A stretch of 64,000 nucleotides of DNA, taken from positions 17,484,001 to 17,548,000 of the forward strand of contig OX597820.1 in NCBI GenBank assembly GCA_951406725.2. The letters run 5' to 3'. The stretch comes from Octopus vulgaris. Its lineage: Eukaryota. Positions 1 through 12,469 of the stretch are shown in pieces. The translations under genes were made by a program, and so were the position numbers. Below the pieces are notes generated by a model. The model ran no database searches and was not told the DNA's origin. It saw only the letters and a program-made list of their open reading frames with translations. Position 1 is the stretch's first letter. Each line of letters opens with the position of its first letter.

Positions 1-85
1 GTTGTCAAGCAGTGGTGGTGGGAGATACAGACACAAATACATATGCACATAGGTATATATATATATATATGTGTATATATTTATA

Positions 86-134
<49 letters not shown>

Positions 135-292
135 GACGGGTTTCTTTCAGTTTCTGTCTACCAAATCTACTCACAAGGCTTTGGTAGGTCCGAGGCTATA
201 GTAGTAGACACTTCCTTAAGGTGCCACGCACTGGGACTGAACCCATAATCATGCCGTTGGAAAGCAAGCTTCTTACCACACAGCTACGCATG
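1..292 (-). mobile_element. SINE family A (tRNA-derived head, CORE-like segment, internal microsatellite), partial
   Basis: Reverse complement matches the ~400-450 bp repeat seen many times in this window (e.g. 9668-10073). Truncated by the window start. Confidence 0.85.
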
Positions 293-500
293 CATTAGTC
301 ATTGTAAACTTTCTTTCTTAAGATGGTATGGAGTGACTTGATAGAGGTTTGACCGCTGTTTCTTGCAGCTCGAGTAATCATTTAGAGCTTACTCATATCG
401 TCATCTATATATTCTACAAAACTGTACTTTGCATACATTTGCATAAATTTGCATATTTGTTTGCGTTTACATATGTATATATATGCATGTGGGTTTACGT

Positions 501-599
501 ATGCCTGAGATCAGCAGTATAGATGTCCCTGATCGTAGATATTTCGTAAATGGCAATATCCTAGCGAAACGGGATACGGGTTCTATTCTCAGCTGTTGA
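501..599 (+). pseudogene. Possible retropepsin (LTR retrotransposon protease) relic
   Basis: Translates MPEISSIDVPDRRYFVNGNILAKRDTGSILSC*. VNG...RDTGS resembles the D-T-G catalytic motif context. Short and stop-terminated. Confidence 0.25.
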
Positions 600-1041
600 T
601 ATTTCATATAAAATACTGATGCCTCTATCAACGGAATGAACATTACATCTGCCATCATCTTTATTTCCTTGAATCAATTCGACTTGCCACTTAATGATGC
701 ATGTCTTGATATGATTGCGATCGGTCAAGCAAATGCATCTGTCTAACTTAATTTGACATGATATAAATATTTAAGATTTTACACAGACATACATGCGAAC
801 GTGTGAGTGTATGTGTGTGTGTGTGTGTATATACATATAGAGAGAGGTGAAGAAAGAGAGAGAGAGAAAAGGAGGGAGTAAGAGAGAGAGAGACCAAGAG
901 AGAACACAAAAAGCTGGTCCGAGGGAGAGATAACTCTCCCTCACTGACACTGGACTTTCTATTCTTTGGCGACCAACTGACCAAATGGCCGTAACGGGTT
1001 CCTGCTTCCCAGAAGTGGATAATTACTTTTATCTTCGGCTT

Positions 1042-1105
1042 TAGAGTCTGATGAGACGCCCGTGAGGCTAAGGCCTTTGTGGATACGAAACCATTGGTCA
1101 CTCTA
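1042..1105 (+). ncRNA. Type I hammerhead ribozyme motif, probably a Penelope-like element terminus
   Basis: Stem I TAGAGT(1042-47)/ACTCTA(1100-05). Core CTGATGA(1048-54). Long imperfect stem II closed by G1055-C1086. GAAA(1087-90). Stem III ACC-ATT-GGT. GTC cleavage triplet 1097-99. Confidence 0.7.
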
Positions 1106-1130
1106 TGACCGGACATTAGCGTAATTACTT

Positions 1131-1167
<37 letters not shown>

Positions 1168-1265
1168 CTGTGTGTGTGTGTATATATATATGTATATATA
1201 TATTCGTCACTCTATGACCGGACATTAGCGTAATTACTTTATATATATATGTGTGTGTGTGTGTC

Positions 1266-1300
<35 letters not shown>

Positions 1301-1334
1301 TCGTCACTCTATGACCGGACATTAACGTAATTAC

Positions 1335-1409
<75 letters not shown>

Positions 1410-1794
1410 TAGTACAGTCGTCACTAAAGTGAAGGAGAGTGCTGGTGACCACCCGGCATTACTAGAAACAAGAGTCAAAACAACTCTTAGCCAGGTGAGA
1501 GGACTTTTCCAACGACTGATAAGGGAGATAAGGGAAACAAGCTCCGTCCCTACCATAAGCACGATGGAGTCATATCAGTGCTGATTTCAGATCTGACTAT
1601 CCTCCATTAGTGACCCATTATTCCGTCACCAAGAGCTAAAGGTCCTAACTCAGCCTATCAGCCTTACAGAGAATACCATAGAAAACATTGACTGATTTCG
1701 AAAATGGTGAAGTGAGCACTATAAATTATTAAGGTGGTTATTCGCAATCTACAACAGAAATACTCTAAAAATATATATATACTATATATCGTCA

Positions 1795-1836
<42 letters not shown>

Positions 1837-2142
1837 CGAAGGCTGCTAATGGGCATCGATATTGCTAGAAATGAGAGCCAACGCAACCCATACCTACGTG
1901 AGAGCACTTTTCTAACGGCTGATTAAGGCCCCATGTATATACATTAACGTATACGGTTAATATATATAAATGTGAGTGTATATGTGTATGAAACAGCAAA
2001 AAAAAACAATAACGAAGTGTATAACATTTATAGTGTATATACAAACGCGGAACGGCACAAACTGTAATGTCTTGCAGTTATGTTTATTTGCGTTCTGGGT
2101 TCAAATCTCATTGAGGTCAACTTAAAATAATATCAATTTACA

Positions 2143-2560
2143 AGGTGACGAGCTGGCAGAATCGTTAGCACGCCGGGCGAAATGCTTAGCGGTATTTCGT
2201 CTGCCGCTACGTTCTGAGTTCAAATTCCGCCGAGGTCGACTTTGCCATTCATGTTTTCGGGGTCGATTAAATAATTACCAGTTACGCACTGGGTCGATAT
2301 AATCGACTTAATCCGTTTGTTTGTCCTTGTGTGTCCCCTCTATGATTAGCCCCTTCTGGGCAATAAAGAAATAAGTGTCGTTCGGATGGCTGGAAAAATG
2401 CTTAGCAGCATTTCGTCCGTCTTTACGTTCATAATTTAAATTCTGCCGAGGTCAGTTTTGGCCTTCATCCTTTCGGGGTCGAGGAAATAAGTACCAGTGG
2501 AGGACTGGGGTTGATGTAATCGACATGCTCCATCTCCCAAAATTGCTGGACTTTGAAACC
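2143..2560 (+). mobile_element. SINE family B (tRNA-like head, MetaSINE-like central domain): full copy plus an older adjacent copy
   Basis: GAGCTGGCAGAA head, GTTCAAATTCC B-box, GTCGACTTTGCC..CATCCTTTCGGGGTCGAT..AAGTACCAG domain, tail ending AAAGAAATAAG. Multi-copy in the window. Confidence 0.85.
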
Positions 2561-2954
2561 CATAAGGAGCTGTAGCCAGTCTTAAACGACTGTTACCCAC
2601 CCACCAACGAAAATTCGTTCCTGTTAGGAATCAGTATTTATTTAGCCAAGTGAGCCCTGAATGAGCAAAATGAATCTCCACAGGAGACTAGCTGGTCTTC
2701 CTATCTTGGACAATATCTGATGTGTACCTTTTTAACTCTTAGAAACGGCAGTCAAATTTCTAGAGGAGATTTGGCTGCTGTTTCTAAGGGTTATATCGAC
2801 CACGTTTAGGCCATTTCGTGTGTTTCTTTTGTAGTGCGCAATCACACACGGAAAAGAGATTGTGACGTTGAGTTCTTTCTCAAAGACATTAACAACAGAA
2901 GTTAAGGTGACTGAAAACATATTTTATCCATTTTATTCTAATTACCAATGTTGG

Positions 2955-3603
2955 TTTCAAATTTTGGCACTAGACCAGAAATATCGAGGGAGCAGGTGAG
3001 GCGATTATATCGTCCCCAGTAATCAGCAGGTACTTATTTTATTGACGCCGGTAGGATGAAAGGCAAAGTCGACCTCGCCGAATTTTTTAAACATAAAATG
3101 TAAAGACTCACAAAATACCTATTTCTTTACTGCCCACAAGGGGCTAAAACAAAGAGCACAAACAAGGACAGCCAAAGGGATTAAGTCGATTATATCGACC
3201 CCAGTGCGTAACTGGTACTTATTTAATCGACCCCGAAAGGATGAAAAGCAAAGTCGACCTCGGCGGAATTTGAACTCAGAACGTAAAAACAGACGAAATA
3301 CTTATTTCTTTACTACCCACAAGGAGCTAAACACAGAGGGGACAAACAAGGACAGACAAACGGATTAAATCGATTACATCGACCCCAGTGCGTAACTGGT
3401 ACTTAAGTTCTCGATCCCGAAAGGATGAAAGGCAAAGTCGACCTGGGCGGAATTTGAACTCTGAACGTAACGGCAGACGAAATACGGTTACGCATTTCGC
3501 CCGGCGTGCTAACGTTTCTGCCAGCTCGCCGCCTTTAAAGACGCACAAAATACCGCTAAGCATTTTTATCCAGCGAACTAACAATTCTTGCAACTCGTTG
3601 CCT
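2955..3603 (-). mobile_element. Young dimeric SINE B (3120-3533) nested in an older SINE B
   Basis: Two ~180-bp tail units under one head. Flanking direct repeat TAAAGAC(T/G)CACAAAATACC at 3101-3119 and 3536-3554. Confidence 0.85.
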
Positions 3604-4279
3604 TATTTCAGTCACTAATATCGATTCATTTCAAAGCAATAAGTAATATAAGTAAAGTGACTTATATGCACTTTTATAGCTTAAAAGTGATTTAAATGAA
3701 CTGAACTGGATTCAGATGGAAATAGAGACTATTTGGTAAATTTAGCGTGCAAAAAGCTCACGCTGTGTCTGTTACTTACTGTTATCCATGATAACGATGT
3801 GAATCTAATGATATTCTTTTCGCCTTTGAAAATATCTGAATCTTTATAATTATGTGAAATACACTTACAGTAATCTCCAAAACTATTTTAACTTGACTAC
3901 ATTTTATGACTAATGGGATTTTTATTTTCTAAGAGATAGGTATATTTAGCATTATTTTAATGTCTTTTAGCCCAATTTCGATTCACCTTCAGGCAGACAT
4001 TGATTATTAGTAGAAGGACAAGCGCAAGTTACTTAGTTTTCATGTGGTAAGATCATTGCGCGTCCTAAAGTGTTTTAAATTCAATGAAATAATTTAAAAG
4101 AATCATTTGTCTACGTATGTGTGTTCCTATCACTCGAGTTGTTATTCACAAGTATAAAACAACTTACATTTCTAGTTTTAATGTTCAAACTCCATTTATT
4201 TATCTCTTAGAATGCATCTTTATAGTCATTAGAACCATCCATGCAGTACCATTCTACTCTACAATCGTATAATCTTTAA

Positions 4280-5800
4280 TGTAATTGTATTTCAGATTTT
4301 GCATCCCTAATGATGCAAAAAGGCATCATGGTACGTTGGAGCTTATCCTATATTCCTGACTAGAAGGTCAATTTGATGCTTGTTTGATGGTGTGTTCTGA
4401 GTACTACACACTGACGAAATTTCTTCAATTTTGAAAGCATCCTGTTGTATACTATATAATACTGTATACTGTATAATGCTGTATACTATATAATGCCGTT
4501 TGAAGCTAGATGGCCTTTCAAAATAAAGGGAATGTAATAGAGACCCATATATGTCTTGCACATAGAGACACATATATGTCTTGCATATTGACATCGCTGT
4601 ATATTGATCTTGTATTAACTTATTGCTAAGCATTGCCTCCAGTTGAAGTAAAACTTTTATCAACTGAGTTACTGCGACATTTTTATTAAATGCAATCTTC
4701 ATGATGGTAGAAAGGTAGAATTTTCCCTCTCGTCTTCAATTATAATTTTTTTTAGTCCCAACTCAGCAATTATTTTATCCTTTGAGACAACTGTCTGAAA
4801 CACTCTCAGGACAAGTCTATTATTCTACTCGTGATTTATTGTTACTTCTCAGATGGTGTATAGTGCGACCGAGAATCACAAATGCATGTCTATAATATAT
4901 AGTTCACTCATCTCTTGTTTTCAGTTTGCCTCACTTCAGAACCTGCGCATAATACTGGACTTTCATTAAATGAAAAGTTAAGGGACAAGTTGAAAACAAA
5001 ATGAACTCTCCTGACACCTGTGTGTAAAGTTACAACAATTACACATATTTCGTTTTGGGATTTGGTTTGCAAGATTCTTTATGTGAGTTCGTGTGTTGAA
5101 GCATATTCTGTTGAGTCAAAACTATTGAAAAGGTTGCAAGACGCAACGAAAAGTTTAGGAAAATAAAAATAAGAAAAAAAAGTGGAAATTTTACCGGTGA
5201 ATGTTTTATATTATAAGGCACAAAAAGAAAATGACTCTCCTCATACACAACAGAATTACACACAAATACACAATATACTTCAGAGAGAGAAACTTCTGCC
5301 AAAATTAGATTGAGCCAAAAGTTTTTTTTTCCTGTTCCAAGACAAGCATTAAGAAAATTTACTTTTTGACTCCGATATCAGTATTTTTGGTGGACATATT
5401 GTTCCATGCGTTGAATATCATAGCTGGTTGCCTAATATACCACTTCATGAGGAGTGCAATTAAAGCACACACTATTTGCACTGTTCCAAATCCTTGCCAA
5501 CCAAAGACTGCGCAGTATTTTCAAAGAGGATCACTGCTTGGTTGTACAAGGCAGAAGTATAAACTCTAGGTGTGGGGTTTTAACTTTTGTTATGCTTAGT
5601 ATGTCTTCTGACATGATCTTCTACTAATTGTTAAAGCTGTAGAGGATTGGATGGTGAAAAGGTACAGTAAATGATGGCAAATATTCCTCATCGTCTTTGG
5701 AAAATACAAGACTGCAGTTTTTTTCCAAGGAACAGTTCCAGATTGCATAATCTTTCAAGGAACATCTCCCATGACAAGATTGGTTTTATGTTGCACAGCC
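4280..5800 (-). pseudogene. Heavily decayed DNA-transposase-like relic (possibly Academ-type)
   Basis: Frameshifted minus-strand peptides with Cys/His motifs (C..CFQ...LGLKKI...YHHEDC, NTRS, HSLYFERP, HDAFLHH*GC, DHVRRH). Many stops. Resemblance is from memory only and the segment order is not fully colinear. Confidence 0.25.
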
Positions 5801-8800
5801 ATATAGAACAACTCTTTTGAGTTTTCAGGATTACGTTGAACCATGGATATAGTCCTGATAGTTACAACTATAATAATTTACAAAAATTTCTCAATAAAAG
5901 ATCATACATTAAGAAGTTAATACAAAGTTTCCCATCAGGTGACAACTATATTTACACTATTATATATACAGTCTATATTGGAGTATTGTCATTTAAAAGA
6001 GCACTTCAAAAAGCAAGTACATAAATAATATTTCGTTCGGTGTTTCATATTTAAATTTGTTCATAATTCTAATATATTCAGGGACTAGGATTTCTGAAAC
6101 GGAGTGTTAATTTTTGAAGAAATTTAAACATATTCAAAAAATTATGAAAATTATGTTCGATCTTGAAAGCACAATAGCTGAATATTTAGAAACATGAAAA
6201 TGTTAAAAGTAGAAATATGAAAGAATATATTATTTCCTATCTGTTTGAAACCCTGTACAGAATTTTTAAAGATATGCTTTTTAACTAAAGGATTTTAATA
6301 ATTCTTTCTACTATAAAGAGAAACCTGAAATTTGCGGGTAGGGCTCAACTAGGACTTATTTTATCGACCCCGAAAAGATTAAACGCAATAATGACAACGT
6401 TGGAAATATATATTGTCCAACTCTTTCTTTGTTAGCATTTAATCTCTCATACTTTCTCTCACTCTTTCTCTTCCCTCTCTCATTATGTAAGTACGAATAG
6501 ATAGATAGATAGATAGATAAAGATAGATAGATAGATAAAGATAGATAGATAAAGATAGATAGATAAAGATAGATAGATAGATAGATAGATAGATGAGTAG
6601 GAAAGTGTGTGTGAGTGAGAGGGTGATTGAAAACAACACTGAAAGAGAAAGAACAGTTTGACGAGAGAACGTTACAACGTTTCTGTATTCCACACTAACA
6701 CTCCTACTCATCTAGCACTCCATTACAACATTCACTCCTTCTACGTCTCTTTACTTTCCTGTTTTAATTTAAGCGTATCAAAGACCCAAGACTTTTTTCG
6801 TTCACCTATTTTTATAGATTGCTTTGAATCATCCTACAAATTTGGAAACCATTCAAAACTAACAATCGAAGACATTTATTGATATAGATAGATTCATATC
6901 GATATTGTTTTAAATATGTTTTTAATCAGCAATATATTGGGAATTGGTTTGTACAAGAATATATTTAAAGATTGATATTAAAGCGAAAATATTTGGCAGT
7001 ATTGACAGATACTCTTGGAATATAGGAAAGCAGGAATCTTGTAAATACTCATAGATGACATGTTGCATTAGAGTTGAATAAAATACGATATTTGATTTAT
7101 ATTCACTGGAATATTCGTTAAGGACTGTCATGTAAAATTCGATTTATCTTATTGCTTCGTACTTAAAATGTGCGTTTGATTGAGGTTTTGAGTTTGTAGA
7201 CAATAGAATATTTAGTGGTGTGTTTTCAATTCCAACTTTATCTTTTATGCTTTTCAATCATTTGGTTCGATTTGAAAGTCGACTGGAAATTTTGCTCGTG
7301 GTGTAAAGAAGCCAATTGGAATTTTCCTCGTGGTGTAAGAACTTAAGTGTCAAAACACTTTCCTGGCGGGCGTATGAAGAGGAGTTCTTTCTCTGAAGAC
7401 CTTGCTTTTTAGCTCTCATTAAAGTTTCTTACCCTTAGTTTAATATTGCTGCTTCATTACTTCTATGATCTTTTCAAGAGACTGTTTCTTTGCATTTATA
7501 TAAAGAGATTCCTTTTACTGGGCTTGTATTACTGGCCAAAATATTACTCCCAAATAATATTCTATGTCAACGTGTCTGTATTCGACGCCTGCAGATATGT
7601 ATTTTTGTATTTCATACTTCAAATGTTTTTTTCACAAAATTCAGAGGTAATTAAAAGCTGACTCCAATTTTCGGTATCTGAGGCAAAAAAAATGGCTGAA
7701 AACAAAATTTATCACCGGCCAGAATGGTACCCTGAGATAGATAAATTTAAAATTGCTAGTGCCTATTTCTAGGCCGTTTTCACATTAAATCAAGTCCTCC
7801 TTAACACATCAAAATACCGGCAACGAATTTGAATTCTTAGACTTGAGAGCTGTTAACATATTAATTTTTCACAGACCGTCTCCAAAGATGCTTGGATACA
7901 GATAACGTTTTGTTACACATTGGTTTGTTAATCAAAATTTACAAAATGTCTTATATATGGTTAGAGACCACTCAATTGTACCAAACAATTTGGTGGTTAC
8001 CCTTATAGGCTGCCCTGTGTAACACCACCACCTTGTTCCTCAGTGTCATATACAGTGTTCACTCAATAGCAAGCATTTCAACCAAGGATATGGATACTTC
8101 TCCAGCCATGATTATTCATATTTCCAGTTACTAACTTGCAGACGTTTAACCCGTACCTTACAGTCATCAATCGCATCAGTTTGGTATCGTTTGTAAATGT
8201 CATAAACACTCCTGTTCCTTCTCTGGCTAACTTTCGAAAAATTGTTCATCGGTTTTCATTGCAGCATTATGCATAGAAAAAAGCTGAGAGCTGGCACAAT
8301 CATTAGCACGTCGGACGAAATATATAGCAGTATTTCTTTATGCTGCAATAAATTTCTCCTTTCATCATTTCGGAGTCAGTAATCTTACCCCAAACTTCAA
8401 AATTTCTCGTCTTGTTCCAAAATTAGGGTGAAATATTTTGTATAGTAAAAGGTGGCAAGGAAGCAGAATCATTAGTATATCGGACAAAATGCTTAAGGAC
8501 GCATATTCCGACTCTTTACGCTTAGAATTCACACCGCCTTTCATCCCATCGTGACGATAAAATAAGTAAAAGTTAACTAATAGGGTCGATAAATTCGACC
8601 AATCATATCGCTCTAGGATTTCTGACTTTGTGCCAAAATTTGTAAGAATATTATAGATAATATTCAACTCTGAAAATAATCATAATGTTAATTATTTACA
8701 CTAAATAAGTTAGACATCCAGGTTCAACGACAAAAAACTTTTGATTCCAGCCCGCCTGAAACCGATTCTGGCTCTATAGTACAAATGTCATGTTCTCAAA

Positions 8801-9249
8801 AGTTCTGAATAAAAATCTACTAAACCTTGGTCACAAATTATATTCCTAGCACTAGCTTAATGATCACTAAATTACTTTAAATTCTTTGTCATATTTGAAG
8901 TTAATTGAAAGAAAGACAGAGCATCTCAACAGAAATATGGTAACAAGGGGATTAGGGTTAACCACCGACTCAGTTAAAAGTCTGTAAATGCATGATATAG
9001 TCAACCGTGCAGAGGTAAAAGGTTAGAAAAACAAAATGTATTTTAAGATATAAACCAATATTGAATATATATCTACTAATATAGATTCAAATTTGTTAAT
9101 AATTTTTATATATATGAACATCTGGCATATAAAGTAAAGACATCGTTGTGTGAGTGTGTTAATATATAGTTTCTGTATCTCAATTGCTAGTGTAACATTA
9201 TATATTGCACATAAGTATATTGTATATGATTGCTTTCTGTGTGCTTTCT

Positions 9250-9541
9250 TATTTCTTTACTGCCCACAAGGGCGGAATTAGAACTCAGAACGTAGCAGCA
9301 GACGAAATACCTATTTCTTTACTACCCACAAGGGCTAAATACAGAGAGGACAAACAAGGACAGACAAACCGATTAAGTCGATTATATCGACCCCAGTACG
9401 TAACTGGTTCTTATTTAATCGACCCCGAAAGGATGAAAGGCAAAGTCGACCTCGGCGGAATTTGAACATAGAACGTAGCGGTAGATGAAATACTGCTAAG
9501 CATTTCGTCCGGCGTGCTAACGTTTCTGCCAGCTCGCCGCC
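9250..9541 (-). mobile_element. SINE B with partial tandem tail unit
   Basis: Family B sequence flanked by the direct repeat TTTCTGTGTGCTTTCT (TSD-like, 16 bp). Confidence 0.85.
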
Positions 9542-9667
9542 TTTTTCTGTGTGCTTTCTGTGAAACGGTTATGTTTACCAATAAAATAAGATGAATAAGA
9601 GACCAATAATCATTAAAGGATCAGGGCATAGGTAAAATTATTGGTCAGTCTTGTATTTAATGTTAAC

Positions 9668-10073
9668 AGTAGGAGTGGCTGTGTGGTAAGTAGCTTGGTT
9701 ACCAACCACATGGTAAAAGGTTCAGTCCCAATGCGTGGCACCTTGGGCAAGTGTCTTCTACTATAGCCTCGGGCCGACCAAAGCCTTGTGAGTGGATTTG
9801 GTAGACGGAAACTGAAAGAAGCCCGTCGTATATATGTATATATATATATTTGTGTGTGTGTGTATGTTTGTGTCTGTTTGTCCCCCCAACATCGCTTGAC
9901 AACCGATACCGGTGTGTTTATGTCCACGTAACTTAGCGGTTCGGCAAAAGAGACCGATAGAATAAGTACTAGGCTTACAAAGAATAAGTCCTGGGATCGA
10001 TTTGCTCGACTAAAGGCGGTGCTTCAACATGGCCACAGTCAAATGACTGAAACAAGTAAAAGAGTAAAAGAGT
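9668..10073 (+). mobile_element. SINE family A, full length
   Basis: AGGAGTGGCTGTGTGGTAAG A-box-like head, GGTTCAGTCCC B-box-like, CACCTTGGGCAAGTG CORE-like segment, internal (TA)/(TG) tract, tail (GTAAAAGA)n. Confidence 0.9.
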
Positions 10074-10196
10074 ACTAAATCGATAATAGTCACCGTTTTA
10101 TTTATTTATTATATTCATCCTTTGGTGCTGTTGAACATAATTGTAATGCTAATATTATTACTTGTACTAATAATGTAAAAACATATTTCTCAACAG

Positions 10197-10380
10197 AATT
10201 CATGGTGTCAAACTGTTTACGTACAATATTAATGATTATGAATGTTATGACAAAAAGTGCGTGCAGTGTTTTAGTACAAATGGAACGGGGCGAATGGGCG
10301 CAGCTGTTGGACGCCGACGATTTCGTACAAGTGATTGGCAGTTCGAACTGTTTTGGCAACAGTCCTTTTTGGTGCTGGAG
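10197..10380 (+). CDS. Candidate isolated internal exon of an unidentified gene (weak SLC6/SNF-like resemblance)
   Basis: Branch-like TACTAAT (10165-71) and acceptor TTTCTCAACAG (AG 10195-96). Non-repetitive and stop-free in two + frames. One frame reads FMVSNCLRTILMIMNVMTKSACSVLVQMERGEWAQLLDADDFVQVIGSSNCFGNSPFWCWR. Donor uncertain (GC at 10381, or GT at 10331 or 10372). Confidence 0.35.
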
Positions 10381-10402
10381 GCAAACGCACATTTCTCTCT
10401 TT

Positions 10403-10433
<31 letters not shown>

Positions 10434-10524
10434 ACATGCATACACACACATGCATTCACACACACGCATTCACACACACGCATTCATACACACACGCACT
10501 CACACACACACGCACGTGCATACA

Positions 10525-10710
10525 GAAATATACTACGTTCTGAGTTCAAGTTCCGCTGAGGTCGACTTCGCCTTTCATCCTTTCGAGGTCGATAAATTAA
10601 GTACCAGTTACACACTGGGATCGATGTAATCGACTTAACCCCTTTTTTCTTTTCCTTGTTTGTCCCCTCTGTGTTTAGCCCCTTTGTGGGCAATGAAGAA
10701 ATAAGAAATA
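10525..10710 (+). mobile_element. SINE B, 5'-truncated
   Basis: B-box to AAGAAATAAGAAAT tail matches family B. Confidence 0.8.
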
Positions 10711-11154
10711 TACTTATACAGATAGAAAGAGTGAGAGAGTGAGAGAGAGAAAGAGTGCGAAAGTGAGAGAGACCCCTCTCTCACTTTCGCACACAAAGAG
10801 AGAGTGTGTGTGAATGTGAGTCTGTATAAAAAAGAGGGAGAGCGAGTGAGAGAGAGGATGAGGGAAGGAGAGAACGAAAGAAACATTATAACAAGAGAAA
10901 CGACTTTAAATCATTTCATTCACGTAAGTCAAGGAAGAATTAGCGATGCCAAATAGACGGTGCCCAATATGCATGAATGCGTGCTCTGTATGTGCATTTA
11001 TGAAGTTTCAAGGATTCTTTCAAAGCATTTGCATTAGACAGCATCATATATTTAGTTTATATAACGAAAGTTAAGATTGAGCAATATTTTCAATCTCCCT
11101 CTAACCAATTCCTCTCTCTTTTTCTCTGTCTCTATGCTTCTTCCATTCGCTTTC

Positions 11155-11484
11155 CCAGTTGTCACCAATTACTCAAATCTTTGTTTTCACATGCCATATG
11201 GTGTCTAATGAATTGTACCTATGTTAAGAATTTTTCTGGTAGTCATAGCTCGCCTGAGAAATTCAATATTTATCAGTCTGACACCATAGGTCCTCGGCAT
11301 TCATCTAACGCACCCCCATCTTTACAATATTGATGGCTATCACATTTATTTGTTGGTCAAGGTCACACAACCAAATGGATCAAATCTAAGGACGGCTTCT
11401 ATATGTGCACCTAGGACACGTTTCCTCGTTTTTATTCATAGACTTATATTTCACAGTATGTATATACATGTCTTTGTACCTGTG

Positions 11485-11486
<2 letters not shown>
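11155..11486 (+). mobile_element. Penelope-like element 3' relic (GIY-YIG C-terminus plus 3' UTR)
   Basis: Frameshifted peptides SPITQIFVFTCHMVSNEL and EKFNIYQSDTIGP-GIHL resemble the PVAxHF...H and ExxWIxxLxTxxPxGLN end of PLE endonucleases. Ends in (TA)n. Confidence 0.4.
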
Positions 11487-11576
<90 letters not shown>

Positions 11577-11636
11577 CCGCATGTGTATCGTTGGAGATTT
11601 TCTATCTCCGTCTTCCCTTCTTTGGACTTTTTCTAT

Positions 11637-11671
11637 ATTTCTGATGAAGAGCTCCGCTCGAAATGTAAAAT
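11637..11671 (+). ncRNA. Minimal hammerhead-like motif (degenerate) in a short element between microsatellites
   Basis: ATTT-CTGATGA-A-GAGC-TCC-GCTC-GAAA-TG-TA-AAAT: 4-bp stem I, 4-bp stem II, one extra A, stem III reduced (CG>TG). Confidence 0.5.
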
Positions 11672-11953
11672 CCTCTTTCTTTTCTTTCCTTTCCTGAGCG
11701 TCCAATAAAACCGTACTTATTCCACGTCCTCACATTGTGGTATTTTCTTGCTTGTTCATGTTTGGATTGACTATATATGTATTAGTGTCATGTGACAGTG
11801 TTTGGGGTTGTAAGTTAAGGGTGACACAGTTGACTGAACTAGTCCAAACAATCAATGTTCTGTATATTTTCAATCAAGTGTTTGTAGGGAATGAACATAA
11901 GATTAACTTTATAACCATTTGTACGCCTATATATATATATATATATATTTTTT

Positions 11954-12084
11954 TTTATTATATAGAAGGAGCTTCTACAGGACTAGAACTGTTTCATTCA
12001 AGAGAAATCATCAGGAAATCATCCTGATGATTTCTCTTGAATGAAACAGTTCTAGTCCTGTAGAAGCTCCTTCTATATAATAAA
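11954..12084. repeat. Perfect 63-bp inverted repeat with 5-nt spacer carrying a hammerhead-like core
   Basis: Arms 11954-12016 and 12022-12084. CTGATGA 12024-30, GAAAC 12043-47, GTC 12055-57. Flanked by (TA)n. Confidence 0.9.
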
Positions 12085-12151
12085 TTAATTTTACTCTGCT
12101 ATTTATTGAGTACCTTATTCACTGTGGTTAACCCCGAATCAACCCGGGACC

Positions 12152-12192
<41 letters not shown>

Positions 12193-12469
12193 TTTTAGCA
12201 TAGGTAATGCTCTTAGCTTATTTTTCCTTGGGGCTGGCCATATTGGAGCAATCTCGATTATAACCAGCCGAAATTGCAAAAATAATCTGGAACTCGACTG
12301 AGGACAGAAAACTCCGAATGATCCGTCCTTGTTTTCCTTGTATCGTCTCTCTGGATATTTTGATTTCCTTTTTGTGTTTCACCTAACTGTCTGGATGTTT
12401 TGCGTTCTCGTCCCATTTTTGTATTTTTTATATATATATGTGTGTATATATATATGTATATGTGTGTGC

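Noticed and set aside
4343-4702. 119-aa ORF briefly resembling an ADAR deaminase segment
   Set aside because: No catalytic motifs, and the frame is created partly by internal tandem duplications.
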